Below are positions 56,114 to 64,000 of a DNA stretch of 64,000 nucleotides, one piece after another; within the stretch, counting starts at the first letter, position 1; every line of letters begins with the position of its first letter. The notes below the pieces were generated by a model that saw nothing but the letters and a program-made list of their open reading frames with translations, ran no database searches and was not told where the DNA came from. Source of the stretch: a virus (lineage: Duplodnaviria; Caudoviricetes); the IMG/VR virus record IMGVR_UViG_2519899649_000001, positions 1-64,000 of that record, one strand, 5' to 3'. The position numbers and the translations under genes are program-made.

Positions 56114-57121
56114 ATGGACCAGTCCGTATATCTGGCGCGTGCCGCAGATCCTGCCATCGCCGTGACCGACGGAGCGTCGGGCTACTTCTCCGCGCCCGCC
56201 GACACGCTCGACCCCGCCTTGTTCTACGACCGGGTCGGCGGCGACGAGCTGCCGCGCATCAAATCCGGGGTCCGCTCGCAGATCATCTCGACGCTCATGG
56301 ACTACTGGCGCGTCCATTACAGCCAGCCCGACAAGTGGGCCACGCTGTGGATCGCCGGGTCCGGGGTCACCTACCAATGGGCGGGACCACGCGCCGCCGG
56401 TGACGCCCCCGGCGACCTGGACGTGCTGATCGGCGTTGACTGGCCGTGCTTCTTCGAGCACAACCCCGACTATCAGGGCGTGGGCGCGCAGCTCACGGCC
56501 GCCGAGATGACCGAGCGCCTCAAGGCCGAGGTGTGGCCCTACACCGCCGACCAGCGCTTCGGCGAACGCCACTACGAGGTCACCTACTTCGTCAACCCCA
56601 CCGGCAGCGACATCCGCGACATCAACGCCTACGCCGCCTACAACCTCACCAGCGACTCCTGGACGATCACCCCGCCCGCCCTGCCGTCCAATCCGCGCTC
56701 GATGTACCCGGCCGAGTGGGCGAACCAGATCCTGCGCGAGGCCGAGACCGCCCGCGAACTGATCGACCGCTACCGCGCCTCGGCGCGCGAGGTCAACGCG
56801 CTGCCCGAACGCTCGCCCGGGTGGGTCAACGCCTCTTCCCGTCTGCGCGTGGTCGTTGCCCAGGCCCAAGCCATGTTCGACGACGTTCACGGCGGCCGAC
56901 GCGCCGCGTTCGCCCAGGGCGGCAAGGGCTACTTCGACTGGGCCAACTACCGGTGGCAGGCGCACAAAGAGTCGGGCGTGGTGTCCGCGTTGCGCGAGCT
57001 GGCCGCCCAGAACAAGGCCGCCACCACCTCCGTGCAGCAAGACCGCTACGGAGCCCAACTGTCGTCGGTGGACCAGCTGGTGACGCGCGCCGCCCTGTGG
57101 AGCCGAAGGGGACCGGCATGA
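56114..57121 (+). CDS. Pol-beta-superfamily nucleotidyltransferase
   Basis: WIAGSGVTYQW...GDLDVLIGVD (GS...DxD) with a third acidic residue in EVTYFVN. Confidence 0.7.
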   Translation: MDQSVYLARAADPAIAVTDGASGYFSAPADTLDPALFYDRVGGDELPRIKSGVRSQIISTLMDYWRVHYSQPDKWATLWIAGSGVTYQWAGPRAAGDAPGDLDVLIGVDWPCFFEHNPDYQGVGAQLTAAEMTERLKAEVWPYTADQRFGERHYEVTYFVNPTGSDIRDINAYAAYNLTSDSWTITPPALPSNPRSMYPAEWANQILREAETARELIDRYRASAREVNALPERSPGWVNASSRLRVVVAQAQAMFDDVHGGRRAAFAQGGKGYFDWANYRWQAHKESGVVSALRELAAQNKAATTSVQQDRYGAQLSSVDQLVTRAALWSRRGPA

Positions 57122-57609
57122 TCCGCTTCGCCCTCACCCTGGAAGGGGTGCTGCGCGCCGAAGGTGGCGAGAAGGTCATCGGTCACGGCGCGGCCCTGTT
57201 CGCCGGGCTGCAAGTCGAGGCGTGCGTGGCCGTCATCAGCGCTGTCTACCCCGAGCACGAGGCCGCCCGCTGGCTGCACGTGGAGAACTTCCGCGGCCAC
57301 ACCCACCTGATGTGCCGCATCGCCACCGACCCCGCCCCGAGCCCGGCCTGCTACGTGCGCCAAGTCCAGCGCCTGCGCCACACCGGCTGCCCGATCGACG
57401 TACTGGTGACCGCCGACCCCGGGGCCGCAGCGCTCGCTCTGTCCAAGGGGATCACGACCGTCACCTTCTGTGAACCCGCCTACACGGTGCCCGAGCACCG
57501 CCCCGACTACGACGGCACGGTCCGGCCGTGGTCAGCGCTGACCGCCGAGCTGCACCGGCAGCGCGAGCTGAAGGCAGGCGACCGCCGCCTGTCCGACGAC
57601 CCCCACTGA
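57118..57609 (+). CDS. Degenerate HAD-like protein
   Basis: LTLEGVL (HAD motif I-like), VLVTADP; coupled (ATGA) to the nucleotidyltransferase. Confidence 0.5.
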   Translation: MIRFALTLEGVLRAEGGEKVIGHGAALFAGLQVEACVAVISAVYPEHEAARWLHVENFRGHTHLMCRIATDPAPSPACYVRQVQRLRHTGCPIDVLVTADPGAAALALSKGITTVTFCEPAYTVPEHRPDYDGTVRPWSALTAELHRQRELKAGDRRLSDDPH

Positions 57610-57621
57610 CGGGAGACCACC

Positions 57622-58467
57622 GTGATCAACCTCGACATGATCAACAATCTGGCAGGCGACACCACCCGAGGCGGAGGCGCCCTGTCGTGGGGCGCCAACA
57701 AGCTCCAGAAGGTCGGCGAACGCAACATCAAGAACCAGCGCGCCAACCGCGCCGCCGAGGTCGCCGCCTTCAAGGACCGCCGCCGCCAAGCCGACCGCGC
57801 GTTCGATGAGAACACCCGCTGGCAGTCCTCGCCCGAGGGCAAGCAGTACATGCAGGACGTGCTGATCCGCCAGCAGGCACGCCAAGCCGAAGCGCGTCAG
57901 AACACCGGTGCCGGCAACGGCACCGCCAACCGCAACGGCGCCGCCCAGCCCGCCGGACGCAAGGGCATGGCCTGGCCGCAGGGACAGGCCACCGGCACCA
58001 GCACAGGCTCGGGCAACAGTTCGAGCAGCATGCGGAGCGCCCCCACCGAGACCGACCGCGCCCAGGCCGCCGAGCAGATGGTCAACCGACGCATCGGCGC
58101 GATGGAACGCATCGAGTCCCAGCAGGCAGCCTCCCGCAACGTCCAGGCCGAGATGACCGCCCGCTCCCGCGCCTACGGCGACCAGATGCGCGCCGACATC
58201 GCCGCACGCCGCGAAGCCGGAGCCTACGGCAACGCCATGTCGGGCATCGGCCGTGGCAGATCATCCACTGGCACCCCTGTGAGCGGCGGCATCCCCAGCG
58301 GGGACCCCCAAGTCGTCAACCGCGTCCAGGCGCAGTGGGCCAATGCCGCCGCCCGCCGCGAGCAGGTCCAGCAATCCACCGGCGGTAACGGCAACGCGCT
58401 ACGCGCCGCCTCGACCGGCGACACCGACGCCCGCGCCCGTCTGCGTAACCAGATCCTCGGGGGCTGA
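57622..58467 (+). CDS. Gln/Ala/Arg/Gly-rich low-complexity protein (possible internal virion protein)
   Basis: 281 aa, helical low-complexity composition, SD GGGAG. Confidence 0.6.
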   Translation: MINLDMINNLAGDTTRGGGALSWGANKLQKVGERNIKNQRANRAAEVAAFKDRRRQADRAFDENTRWQSSPEGKQYMQDVLIRQQARQAEARQNTGAGNGTANRNGAAQPAGRKGMAWPQGQATGTSTGSGNSSSSMRSAPTETDRAQAAEQMVNRRIGAMERIESQQAASRNVQAEMTARSRAYGDQMRADIAARREAGAYGNAMSGIGRGRSSTGTPVSGGIPSGDPQVVNRVQAQWANAAARREQVQQSTGGNGNALRAASTGDTDARARLRNQILGG

Positions 58468-58469
58468 CC

Positions 58470-60026
58470 ATGCGCTTGTACTTCACCGGCGGGGAAGTCC
58501 CCGGCTGGCGCAAACTGCTGCACAGCCGGGGCGCCCACGACATCGAGCTGTCCTACCACGGAATGCGCCGCCGCCGCGTCACCCCGGCCCGCATCAACGA
58601 ACACCACCCCACCGACCTACCCGACGGCGCCACCGAGTCGGTGCTGCTCAACAGCGGCGGCTTCTCCTTCAACAAGAACGAAGAGGACTACTCGCGCGAA
58701 CAGCTGCTGGAGATCGCCGCCGACTACGTCACCTACGTGTCCGACAACCTCGACGACCTCGACCTGTTCATCGAGTTCGACGCCGCCCGCCTGGGCCCCG
58801 ACTGGATCAATGCCCAACGCCGCCAGGTCTGGGACCACATCGCGCCCGACAAGCTGGTGGTGGTGTGGAGAGCCGAAGACGGCTTGGGCGAACTCCAGCG
58901 CCTGTGCGACACCTACTCCAACGTCGCCATCACCCAGACCGCCTTGACCTCCGAGCAGGGCGCGATGGACATCACCCCGCACCTGCCGCGCATCGTCGAC
59001 ACCACCGGCGTCCGGCTTCACGGATCGGGCATCACCCGCCCCGAGGTGATCGAACGAGTTCCCTTCGCCTCGGTGTCCTCGACCTCGTGGCTGAGCCCGT
59101 CCCACTACGGCGACACCATCATCTGGGCCAACGGGCAGCTCAAGCGCTACCCCAAGAAGTACAAGGACCGCTCCCGCACCCGGCACCGGCAGATCTTCAT
59201 CGACGCCGGACTCGACGCCGAGGCGATCTGCGCCGACGACTCCACCGAAGTCCTGAAACTGTCCATCTGGTCGTGGCTGGCCTGGCGAGACCACCTCAAC
59301 GCCGGGCAAGGAGTTACTCGACCATGGAATGAGGGTTCCGCGCTGAACACGGAAAACACCCCCCAGGCAGTTGATACTCCGCCCGACCAGATGCGGAACT
59401 CCCAGTTGCCACTCGTGGGGGACTTTCCCGCCCCACCGGCCGCCCATCCGATCGCCCGCCGCCCGGCCCCGCGCAACCGCGAACGCCGGATGCTGCCGGT
59501 CGCCGCGATCGAGCACGTCACCGACACCGCCGTAGACGTCGACGGCAACACCACCTCCCACACCCGCACCGAACTGCGCAGTGTGGGGGAGTCCCTGCGC
59601 GCCTGCGACTCCTGTTTTCTGGCCGCCCGCGGTTGCCCCGGGTTCGAGCCCGGCGCCGCATGCGTGTACGAGTTCCCCGCCCAGATCCGCGAAGCCCGCC
59701 AAGAGCTGGCCGCCGCCTACACGCTGCTGGAAATGCAGCTCCAACGCATCGCGATCGGCAAGATGGCCGAAGACCTGGCCGGAGGCTACCCCGACGCCAA
59801 CCTGTCAGCGGAGATGGACCGCTACATGCGCATGGCCAAGGCAGTGCGCGAACGCGAGCAGACCGGCGTCTCCCTGAAGATCGAGGCCCACGGCGACGCC
59901 CCCGCCGCCGGGATCTTCTCCCGCATCTTCTCCCCAGCCGCCGCCCAGCAAGCGGGCCAGCTGGAACGGCCCCGTGCCACCGATGACGTCCTGCACCAGG
60001 TCCTCCAAGGAGAGACCGCCGTCTGA
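58470..60026 (+). CDS. TGT (queuine tRNA-ribosyltransferase)-like barrel fused to a Cys-rich C-terminal domain
   Basis: VLLNSGGFS, FIEFD, VVVW, RLHGSG, PFASVSSTSW resemble the TGT/DpdA DSG(A/G)FS and SVDSTSW motifs; CDSC...CPGF...C domain follows. Confidence 0.55.
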   Translation: MRLYFTGGEVPGWRKLLHSRGAHDIELSYHGMRRRRVTPARINEHHPTDLPDGATESVLLNSGGFSFNKNEEDYSREQLLEIAADYVTYVSDNLDDLDLFIEFDAARLGPDWINAQRRQVWDHIAPDKLVVVWRAEDGLGELQRLCDTYSNVAITQTALTSEQGAMDITPHLPRIVDTTGVRLHGSGITRPEVIERVPFASVSSTSWLSPSHYGDTIIWANGQLKRYPKKYKDRSRTRHRQIFIDAGLDAEAICADDSTEVLKLSIWSWLAWRDHLNAGQGVTRPWNEGSALNTENTPQAVDTPPDQMRNSQLPLVGDFPAPPAAHPIARRPAPRNRERRMLPVAAIEHVTDTAVDVDGNTTSHTRTELRSVGESLRACDSCFLAARGCPGFEPGAACVYEFPAQIREARQELAAAYTLLEMQLQRIAIGKMAEDLAGGYPDANLSAEMDRYMRMAKAVREREQTGVSLKIEAHGDAPAAGIFSRIFSPAAAQQAGQLERPRATDDVLHQVLQGETAV

Positions 60027-60068
60027 TCCGTGGAGTAACTCCACGCCGCTTCGACCGAGAGGGAAACC

Positions 60069-60434
60069 ATGATCACCGATATCGGCCGCGTCATCGCCGC
60101 GGTCCTGGCCGTCGCCACCCTGGGCGGCGGCCTGTTCGTCAGCCGCTCAGCCAGGGTCTTCAACGACGGACTCAACGCCTGGTGGGACCTGGCCGCCATC
60201 GTGCTGACCCTGCTGGTGCTGGCCGCCCTGCTCACCCGTGCCGTCACCGGCACCGCCCGCGGCTGCGCCCTGTTGCTGGGCGGTGCCTACATGGGCGGGC
60301 TGACCATCGCCCACCCGCTGGCCACCGGCGCCTACGGCATCGGATTCTTCGGCCTCACCCTGGTCTTCGCCGCCTGCGCCGGGCTGGGCATAGCGTCCTG
60401 GCGCATCCTGGACCGGGGAGCCCGCCATGCATAA
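60069..60434 (+). CDS. Four-TM membrane protein (holin-like candidate)
   Basis: Four hydrophobic segments, basic C-terminus. Confidence 0.55.
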   Translation: MITDIGRVIAAVLAVATLGGGLFVSRSARVFNDGLNAWWDLAAIVLTLLVLAALLTRAVTGTARGCALLLGGAYMGGLTIAHPLATGAYGIGFFGLTLVFAACAGLGIASWRILDRGARHA

Positions 60435-60522
60435 CGCCGAGATCGCTGCGACTATCTCCACCATCATCATCACCGTGCTGGGCTGGCTCCTGGACCGCTA
60501 CTTCCCGTCCAGCAAGCCCTGA
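60427..60522 (+). CDS. Small single-TM peptide
   Basis: MHNAEIAATISTIIITVLGWLLDRYFPSSKP. Confidence 0.45.
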   Translation: MHNAEIAATISTIIITVLGWLLDRYFPSSKP

Positions 60523-60531
60523 AATCGACAA

Positions 60532-60562
60532 CGCCCCCGAAGAACCGGTGTCTTCGGGGGCG
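60532..60562. terminator. Hairpin between convergent transcription units
   Basis: CGCCCCCGAAGA-accggtg-TCTTCGGGGGCG perfect 12-bp stem. Confidence 0.7.
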
Positions 60563-60579
60563 AGATCCATCCCAGGGGA

Positions 60580-61074
60580 CTACGACTCACCCTTGCGCAG
60601 TTGAGTCAACCGAACGTGCGACACACCGAGCTTGCGTCCCAGCGGACGCAACGCCACCTTTCCCTGCGCTTCCTGCAAGAACTGGACCACACGCTGCTTG
60701 CTCTCCGCGCGGGCCTCGATCGCCGCGCGCCAGTCACCCCACGCCGCCGCGGCGGCATCGGACAGCGCCGACTCGTCCTTCAGCAACTCCAGCGCGTCAT
60801 CGGCACTCAGCTTTGCGGCCTTCAGCCAGTCCAGCTGCGTGCCCTTGACCCGGTCGCGCATGTCGAACAGCGTCTGGTGGACCGCCCCCAGCCGCCCGGC
60901 CAGCGCATGCACCACCAGTACATCCTGCCCCAGCTTCAGCAGAGCCGAAAAACGAGCGAGCGCCTGGTCTTCGGCCTCCCCGGCGGCCTTGTATTCTCGC
61001 CACGCGGTGATGATCTTGGCTTCCAGCGCCGTGATGTCGGCCTCAGTTTCGGCGGTGTTGTTCATGTCCCCCAT
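60580..61074 (-). CDS. Internally duplicated helix+HTH protein
   Basis: Two halves: AWREYKAAGEAEDQALARFSALL...VHALAGRLGAVHQTL and AWGDWRAAIEARAESKQRVVQFL...LRPLGRKLGVSHVRLTQL. Confidence 0.65.
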   Translation of the reverse strand: MGDMNNTAETEADITALEAKIITAWREYKAAGEAEDQALARFSALLKLGQDVLVVHALAGRLGAVHQTLFDMRDRVKGTQLDWLKAAKLSADDALELLKDESALSDAAAAAWGDWRAAIEARAESKQRVVQFLQEAQGKVALRPLGRKLGVSHVRLTQLRKGES

Positions 61075-61087
61075 ATCTTTCAGGATC

Positions 61088-61474
61088 TCACGCCTGCCCG
61101 GACGGCTCGCCCGCACCCAGCTCCTCCAGCCGGAACTCGGGCAGGTCACCCCACTTCTCGCGGGCCTCCTCCAACGTCAGCAGCGACCCTTGCTCGCAGG
61201 TGGAGACTCTGCCCGGTGCGTAGTAGCCGTTCCCGTAGGACATGGCTGTCGGGTCCTCGGCGACGATCTTCGCTTCGACCAGCCCCGCCAGCTCGCCTGT
61301 CCCCTTGCCGGGCTCGTCGCCCGGCTTCTGGAACCGCACATGCCTGGTGATCCGCACCACCAGGTAGTTCTCGTAGACCAGTCCCGGATCGTTCTTCTTA
61401 CAGTCGAGCACCATGACCGTCCCCACCGGGAAGGTCTCGGCGAACCGCGTCTCGCTCATCCTCTTGGTCGGCAT
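61088..61474 (-). CDS. Hypothetical protein
   Basis: 128 aa ORF in the minus-strand block. Confidence 0.55.
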   Translation of the reverse strand: MPTKRMSETRFAETFPVGTVMVLDCKKNDPGLVYENYLVVRITRHVRFQKPGDEPGKGTGELAGLVEAKIVAEDPTAMSYGNGYYAPGRVSTCEQGSLLTLEEAREKWGDLPEFRLEELGAGEPSGQA

Positions 61475-61485
61475 CAGGGCCGCTC

Positions 61486-61737
61486 CTACTCGTAAGTGTG
61501 GGTCTTCCAGACCCGCTCGAACATCTCCGCCGGCAGCCGGTCATCGGGGCCGAGGCCGCGGGCGGACAGCTGCACGTCCGCGTCGGCCTCGTACCAGGTA
61601 GTGGCGAGCCCGTGATACTTCTCGACCACCACCCTGCGGCCGACGACTGTCGCGCGGCGGACCAGCACGAAGTTCGTGCTGACCCCCACACGCAGCAGGT
61701 CACCCCGGCGCAGCTTCCACGCCTTGGTGTGGATCAC
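61486..61737 (-). CDS. Small SH3/KOW-like hypothetical protein
   Basis: AWKLRRGDLLRVG; GTG start after AGGAGG, overlapping the upstream stop. Confidence 0.55.
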   Translation of the reverse strand: MIHTKAWKLRRGDLLRVGVSTNFVLVRRATVVGRRVVVEKYHGLATTWYEADADVQLSARGLGPDDRLPAEMFERVWKTHTYE

Positions 61738-63278
61738 GCCGCCACCTCCTTCTCGGCGGTGTTGTCGGCGTGGCGCTTCTCCGCCCACGCCACCACCAGG
61801 TTGTGGACGTCCTCGACCCACCGGATATTGGCCACTGGGATCTCAGCGACCAGCTCACCGCGCTTGCGGTAGAACCCGTCAGGGCCCGCGTCGGCGTACA
61901 CCTTGATCGGCTCGGCGGCCTCGATCACCGTCGGCGGGGCGTACCACTGGCCGTACTCGGGCATCTTCCACGCCGCCTCGAACCGCTCGTCACCGACCTG
62001 CACGTCCCACCACTGCAACTCGCTGCCCTGCCGCCCCTCGATCTTGATGGGGAGCGCCTTCTTGGGTCGCTTGGCCGAGGTGTGCTTGGGCAGCGGCTCC
62101 CCTTTCAGCAGCACGGCGAACTCGGCCGGATACCTCCGCTCGGCCTCTTCGCGGGACAGCTTCCCGGTGATCTTGTCGAAGGGCACGGTGTCGGTGCGGG
62201 GGTGACGGGTTGCTGCCCGTACCGCATCGACCGTGACGATCTCCCGCTCGCGGAAGGAGCCCAGATAGCTGGCCGAGATGATGGTCACCGACTTCTGGCT
62301 GACCCTGGTGACCTCATATGCCTTCTTGCCGTAGACGGCGAAGTCGCCCTTGGCGAAGTCCTCCTTGCGCCACACCTTCTTCCCCGAGGCCGCGATCAGG
62401 TCCTCCCAATAGCCGATCTCCTCCACCAGTTCGACGGTTTCGGCGATCAGCTCAGCCCGGAAGCCGTCGGAGATCCCCACCCAGATCTCGAACAGCGTCA
62501 GCTTCTTCGGCTCGGCGCCGTACTGCGGCACCTGCATCTCAACGAACGTGCCGGTCCGCTTGGCGGGGATGCCCCGGTCGCTGCACTCGGCGAGCCTGGC
62601 TTCCAAGTCCTTCTCCGACAGGAACTCGGTTTTGCCTTCCATGCGCCGCTCGATGTCGCGCAACCGCTTCTCCTTGCGCTGGATGCGCCGCAGCGTGGTG
62701 CCGTGCGCCTCGCGCCGCCCCTGGAAGTCGCGAGCGGCCTCCGCTCGCCCCATCAGCTCCCCGGCCTGATGCCACAGGTCCCACGCCTTGCCTTCGCGCT
62801 TCCACAGCCGCTCCAGCAGGTTCTTGTGCCGGTTGTAGCTGTAGTGGTCCACCAGCAGAGGTGTGCCGTTGAGCATGTCGTAGGTCTGCTTGTTGCGAGC
62901 CCGGATGTCCTCGGAGATGGTCGCGGCGTTCGCCGAGCGGTCCTCCAGTCGGTCGGCGCGGTAGCTGGCGTGCTCGTATTTGCGAGCCTCCAGCTCGGCG
63001 AACCCGTACGCCGGGGTGACGTTGTCGATGACCAGTTCGGCGACCTCGAACCCGGCCTCCTCCAGCTGCTGCTTGGCCCGATTCAACTTCCACCGGTCGG
63101 CGCTGGAACGCTGGCTGTGCGGCAGGTACCAGTACGGGTCACCCAGCTCCTCATCAATCGGCAGCCATTCGCTCCCGGAGAAGTTCAGCGGGGACAGGAT
63201 CTTCCCGGCCCCGTCGCCGCGGACCGTCCCGTACACCAGCGTGCCGTGCTGACGGGTGTGCTTGATCGTGATTGTCAT
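61734..63278 (-). CDS. DUF3560-domain protein
   Basis: WYLPHS..., AELEARKYEHASYRADRL, GTPLLVDHYSYNRHKNLLER match DUF3560 (GQPILVGHHSE-like); SD GGGGGAG. Confidence 0.75.
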   Translation of the reverse strand: MTITIKHTRQHGTLVYGTVRGDGAGKILSPLNFSGSEWLPIDEELGDPYWYLPHSQRSSADRWKLNRAKQQLEEAGFEVAELVIDNVTPAYGFAELEARKYEHASYRADRLEDRSANAATISEDIRARNKQTYDMLNGTPLLVDHYSYNRHKNLLERLWKREGKAWDLWHQAGELMGRAEAARDFQGRREAHGTTLRRIQRKEKRLRDIERRMEGKTEFLSEKDLEARLAECSDRGIPAKRTGTFVEMQVPQYGAEPKKLTLFEIWVGISDGFRAELIAETVELVEEIGYWEDLIAASGKKVWRKEDFAKGDFAVYGKKAYEVTRVSQKSVTIISASYLGSFREREIVTVDAVRAATRHPRTDTVPFDKITGKLSREEAERRYPAEFAVLLKGEPLPKHTSAKRPKKALPIKIEGRQGSELQWWDVQVGDERFEAAWKMPEYGQWYAPPTVIEAAEPIKVYADAGPDGFYRKRGELVAEIPVANIRWVEDVHNLVVAWAEKRHADNTAEKEVAA

Positions 63279-63304
63279 GTATCTCCCCCGAGAATGCAGA
63301 AGAC

Positions 63305-63330
63305 GCCCCCGGGAACGATCTCCCGGGGGC
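63305..63330. promoter_or_regulatory. 10-bp hairpin in the leader of the DUF3560 gene
   Basis: GCCCCCGGGA-acgatc-TCCCGGGGGC. Confidence 0.55.
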
Positions 63331-63364
63331 CTCGTGTGTTTGGTCTGTGAGTTGCTATCTAGAG

Positions 63365-63739
63365 TCACCGGCAGGCGGACGGAAGCCAGTCCGCCCGGTC
63401 CCATAGCAGCGGTAGCCGGTTCGCGCCGTTGACGTAGTACCGGGGGAGCGCCCCGGTCTGCGCCCACTCATCGCGCATATATCGCGGCGGCGGAACCTCG
63501 TCGCAGCGTCCGCCGCCCTCCCAACGCACCGTCCACCAGATCGCATACGTCTCGCGGTCATCCTGTGCGGGCTTGGCGCCGGGTTCCAGGGGGCGCTTGC
63601 GGTACCTCAGAAGCGCGTGGTTCACCGCTCGCCGAACGTCCTCGTCACTGCCGTCCCAGCGCAACCGCTCGTAGAACAAATCGGGCTCAACAGAGAATTT
63701 GCGGGAGTGGTACTTCCTTCCCAGCGCACTGCGTCCCAT
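63365..63739 (-). CDS. Hypothetical protein
   Basis: SD GGGGGG before ATG; MGRSALGRKYHSRKF. Confidence 0.5.
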   Translation of the reverse strand: MGRSALGRKYHSRKFSVEPDLFYERLRWDGSDEDVRRAVNHALLRYRKRPLEPGAKPAQDDRETYAIWWTVRWEGGGRCDEVPPPRYMRDEWAQTGALPRYYVNGANRLPLLWDRADWLPSACR

Positions 63740-63806
63740 CAGCCCCCCATGCAGCAAAAAAGGCGGCACAGTGGCCGCCCTGTTTTAATCCGTCCGCTGA
63801 TCTCGT

Positions 63807-63998
63807 CTACGACTGCATCTCGGTGAGTTCCGGCTCGTACTTGGCGACGAACTCCGCCAGCTTCAGATACAGCTCGTAGACATCACCCAGATCCAGCTCC
63901 ACACCCAAGCGCTGGTGGGTTATGTGCACGCCCACCGCGTCCAGCCCAAGGGCCTGGGCCACCAGCAGCAGGCCAGGCCGCTCGGGCAGTTCGACGAG
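63807..63998 (-). CDS. Partial hypothetical protein (runs off the window)
   Basis: Open frame LVELPERPG...ELTEMQS ending in TAG. Confidence 0.45.
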   Translation of the reverse strand, partial: LVELPERPGLLLVAQALGLDAVGVHITHQRLGVELDLGDVYELYLKLAEFVAKYEPELTEMQS

Positions 63999-64000
63999 CG

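Noticed and set aside
1-64000. tRNA, tmRNA, rRNA genes, introns and inteins
   Set aside because: No cloverleaf/T-loop signature was noticed, and terL, polA, nrdJ, recA and primase have normal lengths with contiguous motifs

Overview
The window is about 64 kb of a high-GC (actinobacterial-type) tailed phage genome with a contractile tail, organised like the Bxz1/Rhodococcus E3-type myoviruses. It starts at the terminase large subunit ATG. The order is: head module (terminase, portal, scaffold, N4-gp56-like capsid, head/neck accessory genes); contractile tail module (terminator, sheath, tube, chaperone, two paralogous tape-measure/lysin genes, baseplate, fibres) to about 33.1 kb; replication/recombination module (HTH initiator plus DnaC-like loader, primase-helicase, SSB, family A polymerase, class II RNR, RecA, PAPS-reductase-like protein, resolvases, WhiB, Cas4-like nuclease); SpoVS followed by small low-complexity genes; a secreted NlpC/P60; a nucleotidyltransferase/HAD-like/TGT-barrel cluster; and a convergent minus-strand accessory block (DUF3560). 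Most notable oddities: (1) two tandem paralogous tape-measure-like proteins with the same scaffold but four different peptidoglycan-hydrolase cassettes at equivalent slots; (2) a portal gene whose conserved 5' end is broken by two short insertions (7+8 nt) that restore the frame but enclose a stop codon; (3) a virion-region protein with about 29 copies of a 14-residue Trp repeat, also present on the neck adaptor; (4) a TGT-fold protein lacking the catalytic Asp residues next to a nucleotidyltransferase; (5) a probable +1 frameshift in the tail chaperone; (6) phased 21-bp repeats upstream of the replication module. No tRNA, rRNA, CRISPR array, integrase or classical endolysin was recognised. 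All calls come from reading motifs by eye and from recalled homologue sequences; no database searches were run. At least one single-base frameshift suggests the assembly may contain indel errors.
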